Below are positions 28,561 to 43,892 of a stretch of 64,000 bases of DNA, piece after piece. The translations under genes were made by a program, and so were the position numbers. Origin of the DNA: Eledone cirrhosa. Its lineage: Eukaryota. The stretch's first letter is position 1; each line of letters begins with the position of its first letter. Location: the NCBI GenBank assembly GCA_964016885.1, contig OZ024740.1, positions 189,782,001 to 189,846,000 of the forward strand. The letters run 5' to 3'. The notes under the pieces are model-generated. The model was not told the DNA's origin. It saw nothing but the letters and a program-made list of their open reading frames with translations, and did no database searches.

Positions 28561-29030
28561 TAAGAGTGGGAAATGAAATTTCGTTTCATTATTTCCGTTT
28601 ATCGTTTTCGGTGCACCCGGCCGATTAACCCACTCGATATGCAAATTGGGCTACTCAGCCGTTAATATACATAAGGTAAGTATATACGTTCAATAATATG
28701 GCAGGAAGGTATACGTTGCTGACGATAGCTAATAAGCTTGAAACTAGAACAGCGTTTCTTTGTCAGTGTTGAACAAACGAGCAACGGTGGTTGCTAGACA
28801 CTACGGCTTAATACAGGATGTTTGTTTACAAACACACCGAGCATTATAATATATGTTCGGTGAATCTATACGCACATATATATATGCGTGCATGTATGTA
28901 TATATATATATATATATATACATACTACTGTGCGTCTGTATACATATATGTATGTACGTGTACATACTTATATTTAAGTAACAGCCGTACTAAGAGTGGG
29001 AAATGAAATTTCGTTTCATTTTTTTCCGTT

Positions 29031-29033
<3 letters not shown>
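28561..29033 (+). mobile_element. Retrozyme-like module: 430-bp unit plus ~42-bp repeat of its start, flanked by (TA)n
   Basis: taagagtgggaaatgaaatttcgtttcatt.tttccgttta occurs at 28561 and 28991. There is an internal HHR and a second family copy at 52541-53189 (minus). Confidence 0.8.
28714..28754 (+). ncRNA. Hammerhead ribozyme (U16.1 mutated)
   Basis: cgttg CTGACGA t agct-aata-agct t GAAA ctag aA cagcg. Confidence 0.65.
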
Positions 29034-29126
<93 letters not shown>

Positions 29127-30129
29127 CACAACCATGCATACACACACATATCTATAAAAAATATATCTGCGTTAGTTTTCCAGCATCGTTATGCATATAT
29201 ACAGACATATATACGAACATAAATAAACTCTATAAACCTTTTATATGCATGTTAATACACACAAATGGCCTTTGTATAGAGATAATCAAATATCAATATA
29301 TTAATACAGAAATATCAAAGCATTAAATATCTTTAACACACTATAGAGTATCTCAAGTTAAAATAATATGTTTTATATATTTATTATAGAAATCTATCCT
29401 ACCTATATCTCAAACAAGATATTGCAAGGGATGAACGGTAATCATATATATAAGGACATGAATATTAATCGTATTTTTATGTATATATACTGTAAAATTT
29501 TTATAACACAAGAAATGTATAGATGTGATCAAGTGAAATCATTTGTATGTCTATATTATTGACTGGAGTAGACATACTTTTCTCTTTTTTTAGAACGTAC
29601 ATATGCGTGTATATATATATACATATGTGTATCCGTATTTTTAAAAAGAGGGTATTTTCTGAAGGTTTTAACTCAGATTTTGGTATATTAACCTAAAGGT
29701 TTTAAACTAAACATATGGTCATTATTGAACAATGTTATTTTCTCATTTTATATATCTATGTCTCATTCATGAATATTGATATTTACATTTTTATTATTCA
29801 TTTCATATGAATTGTTAATTCAACTTAATATGACATGACGTAAAGTTGTCACTATGTCCTCCTCTCTCTATATAGTACTTCCTCTCTCTTGAGTTTCTCT
29901 ATCTGTATGATGAATTATTATATCTCTGTTGCTTTCTTTTCTCTTTCTTATTTCTTTCTTTTTTCTTTCTTTTTCATTTCCTCCTATCTATTTATATATA
30001 TCTTTCTTTTCTGCATACATTCCTTTTCTCTCTCACCTTCTTTTTCTCTCTCCTTCTCTCACTCTCCGTTTTTGCTTTCTCTCCGTCTTTGTTCTAACTG
30101 TGCTTAACACTATAACTAATAAAATAAGT

Positions 30130-31228
<1,099 letters not shown>

Positions 31229-31738
31229 CGTGTGAGTGTATAATTCTATGACAAGCCGTCACTTTCAAAACGTCAAGGTCACAGTTATTCTATATTTCCG
31301 AAATAAGATTATACATATGTATGTATAAATCTGTATCAATCGCAAGGCTAGAATGTTCAAAATAGAATACAATGTTCAGCAACTTTACAAATACCTTTCT
31401 TAAATTACTGCAACACATATATATTTCAATCACTTCAATTGATTGTGACTACATCTTACTATTCTCGTCATCATTCATTTCAACAACTCATGTTTTCACA
31501 AATATTGTTAGCAACGTAGAGATCAGGTCGCTTCTTTCTCTTTATGAGACTAATGCAAATAATACCAGTGGTATTTAAATAGCGTGCGACTGAGTGAGAA
31601 TCAACAAGCAAAGCACAGCTACACATTGCTTGCAATAAATACAATTTCGCAATACTTATCTTTGTCATTGACATCTTTCAGTGTGTATTTCATTCGTTCG
31701 TCTCACTCATTTTTGAGGGAAATTGAAATTGAATGATA

Positions 31739-31817
<79 letters not shown>

Positions 31818-31862
31818 GACGTAAAATATTAAAATTATAAAAATTAACTTACTAAAATTTCA

Positions 31863-31946
31863 CGCCAACTAATTAGTTTCTGAAAGGGAATCAACATGGT
31901 TTCCGAAGGGACCAACATGGAGAAAATCCTTTCGTCATCAGGGAGT
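31863..31946 (-). ncRNA. Hammerhead ribozyme with extended stem II, in a ~375-bp module (31813-32188) between (TA)n tracts
   Basis: Minus strand: ctcc CTGATGA cgaaagg...cctttca GAAA ctaattag TT ggcg. Stem III is palindromic. Confidence 0.7.
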
Positions 31947-32186
31947 CTATTCTCAGCTAAATTCCCAGGCAATGCCTGGACACAGGGAGCTTATACAAAA
32001 ATAATTCAGTCGATGGAAAAAAGCAAGCGAGGAGTAAATTCCAGGACATTGAAAAAATCACTGCCTACTTGGTCGGTGGCAAATTCAAAAGAATCAATCA
32101 CGTGACATTGAGGTCAATCAGTGAGGAGTGGGGTGCAAATAAGACAGTAGCCTGACTATTACTATGAACCATAGTAGTAGTTTTGG

Positions 32187-32234
<48 letters not shown>

Positions 32235-32493
32235 ATCTTTATATATATGCATCTATGTATATATATATATATATGTATCGTTATATATACACACAGACAC
32301 ATATAAATATGCATCTTTATATATATATACACACACACATATATATATGCGTATATACATATATATACATACATATATATATATACATACACGTACATAC
32401 TCATTTCAATCAATTTATTGACATATTCATATATATATTTATGCATGCAGACACATATATACGCACACACACGCACACACACACGCACACACA

Positions 32494-32602
<109 letters not shown>

Positions 32603-33544
32603 GTATTCTTTATTATGACTGAGGCATAATGTGATTTAGTCATGTTAAAACTGGGGTTTCACACATGATCATTATTGAATTTTTCCTTTTGATACGCACA
32701 CAAACGATCCGATTATATCAATTGTATGCCGAAAAGGTTGCTCGTTATTCACTCTATCATATGATCATTAAAATTTATTGGAATATAGAAGAAATTTCAA
32801 TAAAATTGTGTAACCGACAAACCCGAAGACGGAATTCTATTAATATTGCAAATCCGTGTATCTCTATAATTCTTGTTTTGTTAACAAGGTAACAGTGGTG
32901 TGTCCCAAGTGTTTTCACCTATAAATGGCTGTATAATATAAATTCACATATATACATAATTATCTACCGATTTCCATTCCTACTTACCTACCGAACGACC
33001 GACCTAGGAAAGTACACACATACGAACTGATATACATATTCACAAACATAAATGTGTAAAGACTCTTATTCGCACCCCCTCCCCCCCACACACACATATA
33101 TATACCCCCCCCCCTATATATATGTAAAATATGGATTGAGAGGAGGGGCTGTGTAGTTACTCATAACAGGCGTTAGAAGTTAGCAGACACAATAAAGAGA
33201 TGGATAGTCTCCCTTCGTCAGTATTTTACTACGGGTTGCGGATGGTTCTGCGTATTTTAATCTCTATCTCTATCCGTAGTGCTCCCAAAGCCGCTTATCT
33301 ATCAAAAGGCCATGAGGGAGAGAAATAAAAGAAGAGAGACGAAAAAAGATAAAAAGGTAAAAAAAAAGGAAAGAAAGGAAATGTAAAGCAAAAACGTGAA
33401 CATACCGATAGAAGGGGGAATACGGGGCAATGGTACATGTAAACAAGTAACCGAGAGAATGGAGATCAAGTTTTAAAAAAGCCGTTGGGTTTAAGCACAG
33501 ATACTCATATATATTTACACGTAAATATATAACTTTATATACGG

Positions 33545-34215
33545 AAGGAATCAGCAAAGCTTGGCGTTCAGGTGAGCTGGGCTATGATGAAGCCGATGCA
33601 AGTTGTCACTGGCCCGGAACCTCCCCCATTTCATATTGGCGTCGACGTCCTAGAGTTTGTCAACTACTTGATTTACCTGGACTCAACCGTCAACAATGGA
33701 GACCTGGCCACGGAGACGAAACGCCGGTGTGATTTGGCCACCGGATCATGCATTGCCACGCCAACACCCTGAAAACGACGATCAACGGCTTTGATAGAGA
33801 GAGCCCTGAGGACCACCGAGAACATCAGATGTTACAACCACGTTTACAACAAAGAGTTCTGTGCAGGTACGCATCAGCCCGCACCCTCCTGCCTCACATC
33901 TATCCGCCGCATGCGCTGGTACGGAGACGTTCTCCACCACCGACCAGAACATCCTGCCAAGGCTTTACTTTTAATCGATGCAGCAGCTATAAGCAGGGAG
34001 AGATCCCGCCGCAGATTCCGCACCAGAGGGCTGGATCTGATTAAAGTAGATCTCCTGAGGCTCAAAATTCATCGTAGAGAATGTCGAGGGGCTGGCAGGG
34101 TGTTCTGATGGGTGGGGAATGAAATCTTCATAATAACGTATGCAGCGGATGGCTATGAGGAGAGAGGCTGCGGGCTGATGTACGGGCACACCGGCACGCA
34201 ACTCTTTGTTGGATG
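33545..34215 (+). mobile_element. Decayed RTE-like LINE 3' fragment
   Basis: GC-richer island translating to LEFVNYLIYLDSTVNNGDLATETKRR and IRRMRWYGDVLHHRPEHPAK..RSRRRFRTR, typical of RTE-clade post-RT regions. Confidence 0.7.
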
Positions 34216-37200
34216 AATAGTTCAGCTACAAAATCCGTGTAATTCAGACTTGTTGTCAATCACGCCAAAATCATACTTTGAAAGTTTAAAAATGTCCCGC
34301 ATTTTTAGTATTTGTTTCTTGTATACTGTCTATTCTATTTATTATTATAATTATTTATGATATATAGCAGACTTGTTATATATTTGATGGGTTACATATG
34401 GCCGAACATCCACTATCTCTGTTGAATATTCAATTTTACAACAAAAATAATTCACATATTTGCTGAGACACAGGTGTGTATAATTATACTATTCTGTTTG
34501 TCGTATATAAAATTAAGTATTCTTTTTTTGTGTGAAATTTATACTTACTCCAATTAGAATATCGATAAAATGTCTCATACATATACCTGTTAATCTGTAA
34601 TGTGTAGTTATGTTAGTATTCAAATAGCACCAATGTCGAGCTCCTTTGAAGACTAAACATAACTATACATTACAGACTAAAAGGCATATATTAACGTTGC
34701 ATATGATAGGGCTTCTTTGAATTATCTCTATATTTGCAACATCCGTCAACAACACCTTGAGCTATGTGGCATAACAGATGCAACATTGCCGAAAATCATT
34801 CATAGTATCCCCGGTTTACGGTACTGTAATCTCGGCAACTATATTCACATTATCTGAAATATATGAACGATAAATATCATTGCCTATATATAGTTGTCCT
34901 TATAAATATATACACATTTGAAAAATAATTACGTGTTATTTATCTCCTTTCTAATATCACTACTTTGTATCAACTCAGTATAGTAATGCCATTAAATAGT
35001 AACTATTTGAAAAGAATATTAGTGAAATTGTATAATATGACGAGGAACAAATCATCGTATGAAATAAATATATAATCAAATCGAAATATCTCGTTATATA
35101 TTCAGGCTTTGAGTATTTATAATGAAATAATTTCATTACAATGACGCTAGATACAACGTTTATATCAACATATTCTGCATTCTTTTTCTTTTAACTGGAA
35201 TATTTAAGGGAGAAAAAAGCAGCATGATTTAAAGTGCAAACGTTTTGTGAATAAAAAACTGAACATTTAATAAATTGTTATCTGATAGGGAAAAGAAAAT
35301 TTAGAAAATTATAAACTTTAAATTTTGTATTGTTGGCTTAAAGCGTAAGCAACGGAACGACACCTATCCGTTTACTTTGATGAAAGATAACGTTAATATT
35401 CTTAATTATATTAAAAAACCTTCCTTCGAAATAGATAATTTTATTATGGCCATGGTTGTGTCTCACTTAAACTTTACAAGCTCATAAATAACTATGCTGT
35501 AAAGAGATATATTGGCTGTAGTTCCGTATACGTTGTTAATGTGACCTTGAGAATTTAGTTTATGACCAAAGGGAATATTACGTAAATAGTTAAACAATTG
35601 TAGCTGTAAAAACTATTGCAGCAGTTGCGTATAGGATGATAATTATGTATTGAAAATTAAATTAAGTGAATGATATATTTTCCTGCGCTAAATATCTCCT
35701 GATCTCTTATCATGAATATTCAGAGAAATCATCATCAATGGAAACACTACTCCCATCTTCTCTCGTCTCTTCTAAATTACTCGCATCATTTCAGTTACTT
35801 ACAACATCTAAGTAAATGTATGAACAGCAACATCTCCGCAAATATATATAATCTCCACTTGGGTTTCGAAATTAAACAACGTATAGCAGTTAAAAAAACT
35901 AAAGCAATACGAGAAATATGGGAATAGTAGGAAATTTAAACCTAGAAGAAAATATACGATTACTATAATGTAAATTCTCACCTCAAGAAACACAATTTAA
36001 AACAAATAGAAATGTTATCCATTTTATTAACACGTTTAGATGGACATCTATATAAACTGTATATAAACAACACTATCAGTAAATTGTTGCATATACAAAT
36101 CGTGGTGCTAAAATACTGGTTTCTCCTAAATTATCTTTAAATTCTAGCAAATGTATTATTGCAAAAGTGGACATACCACAGACAGAAATCCAATTTGAAA
36201 GAAAGAAATAGACGAAACATAGTTAATATACATTGCATCGTATCGTTTCATATCATCTCACATATCATATTGTAATTGGAATTTAAGGCACACATTAAAT
36301 ATACTTCGGCAAATTTCATTTTATTAAAATGTTTTCTTACAGAAGAATTTCCTTATATGAGCTCGGTGATATCGTTGCACATTTAGATCGCTAAATTTGA
36401 AAGTCGATGTCTTATTCATTAATACATTCTGATGTTTTAATCAAAAATATCTAAGAAATCTAGCGAAATGGAAGTTATTACTATCGCAACCGTGACTGTT
36501 TCTAACGAATATATTTGAAAAATTGTTGTCTTGTTTATTTCATATGTTGCGTTGATAATTGAACCAGGACCAGTCATTTATAAAATTATATTTTGACACA
36601 ATGAAGCACAATAAACTTTAGAACTATTGAACTGATGCCACCATATAATAATTACAACTTTGAACGCAATTCCGTGGCGACAGACACTCCTCAGAAATTG
36701 TCAGATTGTACTTCGAACCTGTTGAATAGAATTGTGTACGCCCATTGAGCTGAAGCAAAAAACATGAACACATTTGAAACACATGACTGTGGCATAATTG
36801 TCTGTCCTTAGATAATTAAACAATTACACAGCACTTGTTAGATAACACTCAATACGAGTTCAATACATGTCAGCAATAATAGAGAATAATAATTTGCTAC
36901 CCAAATATTTAGTATTTGGCGTACGTATTAAAACAAAGTTGAGTACAACGTTATGTAATATATTTTAACAGATAATATAACTCGAGAAAATGACGCTGGT
37001 ATAAACAGTTTATTCAACTGATCTCCATAGAAATTCCGCTGATGTTTTTATTAAAGTAATTTCCGATAAATGGGACATATTTAACATATTTGAATTAACT
37101 GTTCGATTCTATACACTTTTGAATTTAGCTAATCAGTTTAAGAAAAGGGAAAAATATATATAATATGTTTAAGAATATTATCGGAACCAATTCGTCATTA

Positions 37201-37736
37201 CCGTATGGACAGGTAATTATAAAGTTTGAGTTCTCTCTCATCTAAAATAGAAGATATTTGTACTTATTTAACACAAGCAAATATTTACGAATAGTTACTG
37301 ATATCCGTTGTACCCCGGTTAGATTTCGATTAAAAAGGAACGTTCACTACACTCTTTTACAAACACCATTGTCAATTTCTCCTTTTATATAGGATAAAAA
37401 TGAATCTAGCACTAAATGTTTGGTGCATGTGTTCGTATGAATTTTATTGCACAAATACATATTTGATAAAACGTCGTTTGAGGTGGACACATTAGTGAAT
37501 ATTTACGTCAACATATAAAAGCAAATTGAATATCAATTTTTGTCTGTTTACTAGTATTTGATAAAAGAAATATACTCTCTGTGATAGAATGCAAAACTAT
37601 ATAGGGAAACATATGTACTATACTCATACACGAACTTAGACGCGCATCGCAAAATGAAACGCTGAAAAATAGAAATAAATGTACACACTTAAACATTGAA
37701 TTATATATTACCCCCATCTCTCTCTCTCTCTGTCTT

Positions 37737-37768
<32 letters not shown>

Positions 37769-40210
37769 TTCGCAGTAGAACAAATATAGAAAAAAAAGAC
37801 ATTATTTTAAGAAAAATTTGTACAGTTTTCGTTTACGTTGACAAAGGAAATGTAATATAATTCTTTTATAGCTAACTGAAGATTTGGATTGAAAATAAGT
37901 ATATAAAAATGCTTCTTGCTTTCGCAAAATTTAAGTTAGTCAGGCGTATATATTCAATTAAAATAAATTAAGGAAATATACCGAAATTAATGTAAAATTG
38001 AAAAAAGAAATGCAGGGAATGAAATGTTTTTATATAATCGTAATGAAAAGTAATATAATTGTAAACTATTATAAATTTAAATTGGATTTCTTGTCAGATG
38101 CCCCAACTCTTTCCCCCCAAAAAAACAACGAAAAGAAAAAAATGTTGATGTAATTATAGAATAAAATTAATATCTAGAAAAAATATTGCATCCGAAAGAC
38201 ATTTATACTTATTTAAATAATTCATTTGAGAATTGATAAAACACACTTCACTCTAATATTTTAGAAATGTTCATGTTGACCTCCGCAACACAATAGTAAA
38301 TTTCAAGTTCCAATTCTGCAATCCGATTTCTATTATGCATTACTGAAATAACACGGATGATATTGGAAAATATATAAACATACACCTTTAACATTACTCT
38401 TATTTATCATAATATATGTTATATTTATTTTTACACAAAAAACACGCTATTTTGATTAGTTCCTTTAACATATAGACCAACACTTCTTACGTCACCTAAT
38501 ATCATGACGTATGTAAATTTTAAGGCCGCCTCAGAACGTCGGGTAGAGTGGTATTAGTTTCGTCTCTCTCACCTTCCAGAAAAAAAATTCCGCCGGTGTC
38601 GACTTTGGCTTTTATCTATTTGAGATCAATAAAATGAGTACCATCTAATATTTGGGTCGATCTTTATGTATATCTCTTTCTCATATCCACTTACTCAAAC
38701 TCTATTCTTCTCTGGAGGGGGATCTATTGTATTCAGACCCGGAGAAGGGATGAGCTAAGCCAAGTTTAACAATGCCCTTGAAACAACATACGTCGCCTCT
38801 ACGTATCCCCCATGAATTACTGGACTATGCGTGCATATTAAATTTATGTCTTTATAGGTTCCGCAGGATGAGATCCAATTTTCTTTATGTCTTAAACAGT
38901 GAAGCGTTAGAAGCAATCATGAGACTTTTCAGAGGTTGCTGTGTGTATGAGAGTATGATAGCGATTCCTTAAACTACTAGAAACTTAGTCTGAATACTTA
39001 TAACAAGAATAGAATCAGTTAAACCCATGTCAGAATATTATATGAAACGGGGTGATGGTTTACATATCTCACTACTAGAACAACAGACAGGAACAAATAC
39101 ATAAAGTTGTCAACAAATAAACACACTACCAATATATTTGATAAGTAATAGATGTCTCTAAATGAAAAGCTATATAACGTTTGAATTTTTCTCGGAGTTT
39201 TACCATACTTGGAGCATTTTTCTAATTATACTTGGCAATGCCATCTAGCAACGTCTTTACCGAAGTTACATGAAACTTGGCTGTCTTGAAGATTTGCACG
39301 GGACACAGCACATACAACTCATTGATGATTCTTTAAAACTTCCAAGAAGAAATCAGGCAGAAGTAAATAATGAAAAATATATTGAGAGTCGATCGATAAC
39401 TTTTATTATCCGAAATACTGAAATGGTTTTCTTGGCGCATTCATTACGTTTTTATGAAGAGTCTGCAAATTTAATGGCGTCAGCTGTATGTCTAAATGTC
39501 TCATAATAGTAAATAGAATTAGCTTGGAGAATCCAATTTTGCAAGGTAAAGAGAACTGAATTACCCAATAGACTTTTCTGTTTCAAGAATTCTGTATTAA
39601 GTCATGGTCGATATATTTCTAGATTTTGTACGGTTTTGTCTTGTCAGTTGGCTAGATGTTTCTATCAACGTTGGCCACTATCGCAAAACGGACCATTTGC
39701 AGTTACGGCTATGCGCAGTAAAATATTCAATGTCATGTCTGTCAATGAAAGGAGACTGTAAGTTTGAAGTTGTGTTCAGTAATATTTGATGCCCTGACCT
39801 TCTTATCAATCAATAAGAAGTGCAACGAAAATCCGTTTACTATTAATATCTTTCCAAGCTGTCAACCTCGAGTTACGGCGCTGACTTTTGACAAAGATAA
39901 TACAAAATAATATCATATGCCTAAGTACAAATATTTGTATGCATTTACACACACACACGCATAGATACACATGAAAGCTCAAATGTATAAATACAGGTCT
40001 GTAATTATATATGTGCAGACAAGAACACATTTTCATACACACTTATTTGCATATATATACACACACACACACACACAAACACATATCTATAGATGTATGT
40101 AAATATATGTATCTATCTTGCTATATCCCTCCCCTCTCTCTCTCTCTCTCTCTCTCTCCACACACACATACACATACACACACACACATACACATACACA
40201 CACATACACA

Positions 40211-40338
<128 letters not shown>

Positions 40339-41363
40339 CATACATACATAAAAGAGAAGACACGGCAGAACAATAAATTGATGATATATATTAGGTCGAC
40401 GCTTGATCTATCTAATCATGGTATGAATTATAACATTTTCGAACTTGCTTTAATGCGAATATCTTGTCGAAACAAAGTGAAGACTGCACTATGGAAAGGT
40501 GAAAACCTCGTGCATGCAATTATCTGTTATAAAATTAAACAATGAGATGTGTAATGATGAACAAGAAAACATAAGTTCAAAACGATTAGAAGTAGTTAAT
40601 TAATCATTTGATTTATGATCGTTTCAGAGATGAAAATTATCGATGTACAGTTAGCTCCTGCACAGTTATTGACATCATTAATGTGAGTCTCAAAATGCAG
40701 TGCCATTCTGTGTCTGATCTCAGGAACTATATGCACATATGTATATAAACCAACAACGGTTTGCTTCAATAGTAATTGTATAAACAGTGCCGCCGACCAT
40801 GTGGCTGGAGCTACTGTCAATGTCAATAATAGTGTACACACTACATATAATGTATCTCTGTTAATAAAAGGAGAACTAATATTGGTATAATCCACTTTTA
40901 GCACTGAAACAAAGGTGCATCTGTCCACTTAAGGTTTCTTAATTATCAGAAATCATGTTATACCTACCGATATTGAGTGGGCTACGGCGTTAATTGCATT
41001 ATAAGGTGGCTCCTACCGGAACAACATTAGCAAACATAGGAAATCCCGGAACAACATTAGTAAATTACCAGGTAAGGTGACACTACTGTTAGATCCGAAA
41101 TACATTCTCAGAACCCAGCTTTATAGTTAGCACGAAGCTAAAATAAGCCGTATCTAAAACCAGCCTATACAATTACGAAATTGGCGACAGGTATGAATGA
41201 GACCTCCAACATTTGCAGTATGATCAGATGCAAAGAGATTCCAGAAAGGAGATACATTGAAAACTAGTCTACTAGACTACAACTTCGTAGATAAGGAGCA
41301 TGAACGAGTGGAACCTATGTTACTGGGTACATATAACCGGTGTTTCCGCAACAACATAATTCC

Positions 41364-41438
<75 letters not shown>

Positions 41439-41636
41439 TATATATATATATATATATATATAAGGGAGAACAAGTTATAGTTATAGGTAATCCAGTTAGA
41501 GGTTGTGAATACTCCGTATTGTGGATAGGTTTAGCGTACCGCGTTGTTTGACTCAACAAGAGGTTCTTTAGGTAGCGAGTATATGAGTTCTCGTGAGTTC
41601 TGATGTAAGTTAATCTTGGAGTAATAATAGTGGAAG

Positions 41637-41935
41637 AGTAAAGAATAACATGGTCAACAGTACAAAAAGGCTTTTATTTACAGTATTAACAATTGTTACA
41701 TTGGTTAAGTTGTCTTAAAATTGTTAATCACTTGAAGTTGTGTCACTCAGTTTTAAATACGATGTATGCTTAACCAAATCATCAGTTATTGGTTAAGCAT
41801 ACATCGTATTCAAAACTGAGTGACAGTGACACAACTTATAGTGATTAACAATTTTAAGACAACTTAACCAATGAAACAATTGTTAATACTGTAAATAAAA
41901 CCCTGTTTGCACTGTTAACCATGTTATTCTTCACT
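41637..41935. repeat. Inverted repeat (~140-bp arms, 11-bp spacer) built from a hammerhead-like sequence
   Basis: Arms are 41637-41777 / 41789-41935. The minus strand reads CTGATGA tttggttaag...cttaaccaat G(T)AA caattg TT. The right arm keeps an intact GAAA caattg TT. Confidence 0.85.
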
Positions 41936-42033
<98 letters not shown>

Positions 42034-42430
42034 CATAGATTGAGTTAGAAACTCAAAATAGTCTTTTACAATTAAATAGCTCAAGTTAGCTAGGTTGAAA
42101 AAATACTAATTTAAAACAATATGGTTTGCCTGTCTCGATTTAAAGTAATAAATAAAATAAAATAACAAACCTATATTGGGCAAATGCCTTTGATACCCGG
42201 ACAGATATAAAATCTGTTTTGCAAGAATTATTAAGTGAAACCCACCATTCCTGTGCTCTTCTGCAGGCATCCAGGTAATTCGTACCTTCCACTACAAAAG
42301 AACTAAGAAGACTGAACAATCTGATGATATAAAAACACATGTTGCAGCGCCTAGCGCAGCTCATACTCATGACGTTAAAAATAGCATTTGCAATTCGAGC
42401 ATATGTATACTTGTATCGGTGTTCACCCCT

Positions 42431-42486
<56 letters not shown>

Positions 42487-42543
42487 ATGTCCCAAGGCTC
42501 TGATACCATCAACACTATAAACACAGAGCTGGCATATCTAAGT

Positions 42544-42607
42544 ACTGACTAACAGCCTGATGATGCCATAGCCATTCAATGGCTATTATAGAAATATATA
42601 TATCAGT
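42544..42607 (+). ncRNA. Hammerhead ribozyme in a ~260-bp module between (TA)n tracts
   Basis: actga..CTGATGA tgcc atagccatt-c-aatggctat tata GAAA tatata TA tcagt. Confidence 0.65.
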
Positions 42608-42750
42608 AAATAAAGGATTATGAGTTCATGAAATTGACTTATGCTTCGTCACTATTATAACTCCGGAACATATATCTTCGTTGAGTGGTCCCTATCCGTA
42701 TACTGAAGTAGTGGATTTTACCAACACTTACTTTCTTGCTTATATGTATA

Positions 42751-42830
<80 letters not shown>

Positions 42831-42837
<7 letters not shown>

Positions 42838-42979
42838 ATACTTGGGGAGGGTCACTTTTGTGTAATATTGCCAGAATTAATAACAGAACACACTCACTGT
42901 TTGGTTGGTTTTCGCTCTGTGTCTTTTATATCGGTAATCTAATTTATTTAAAAAACCTCGCAAAACCAATTCATCGCCG

Positions 42980-42980
<1 letters not shown>
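42831..42980 (-). mobile_element. Solo 3' terminus of the 25715-28100 PLE family
   Basis: ggggagggtca...taatattgccagaattaataacagaacacactcactgtttggttggttttcgct matches 25717-25789. Confidence 0.85.
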
Positions 42981-43073
<93 letters not shown>

Positions 43074-43732
43074 TGTTTATTTAGTACACTTTTGTTTAGT
43101 TTTGTTTACTTTTATGTACTAAGTAAAGAAAATATATATGCACCAGTAACTATCAAATAAATCTTTTAATAACAATAGGCAATTAATCTCTTATAATACA
43201 ATACACTATACTTATAACTGCAATCATCATACTATTAAAATACACCCGTAAAATACATTCAATAGTATATATAAATATAAGCTATCTTTCACATATTAAA
43301 TTAATAGTTCTCACTTTAATACATTAATTTATAGTTCTCAATTTAATACTTCCAAATTATATAATTAAATAAATAAAAATAAATATAATTATTTCATTCT
43401 TTCTATACCCATGTAGATATGTTCGGGCGTATATATGCATATTTCTATAAATATTCTGAAAGTAGCTTTAAATATTTTTTTCTTAACATTTTTTATTCAA
43501 TTTTTTTTAAATCAATTTTAATAGCTAACCTGACTTTTCTTTCCTTTTAAACAATAATTGTGATAATTATTTAAATATACCTAGCTTCTAAATATACATA
43601 ACGGTCCTTTTGAGTTTTAACGTTATCCTCATTATCATATTCAACCCGAGTTTTGAAGATTTATTCACTATCTACATTGAACTCGTAACATTAAGCTCAT
43701 ATGTCAATATTTCATCATCTGCAAACCATTTA

Positions 43733-43793
<61 letters not shown>

Positions 43794-43840
43794 TGTAATA
43801 TATATATATATATACACACATATATATATATATATACAAA

Positions 43841-43892
<52 letters not shown>

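Noticed and set aside
40596-40928. 110-aa ORF as a host gene
   Set aside because: No recognisable motif, and the length is compatible with chance.
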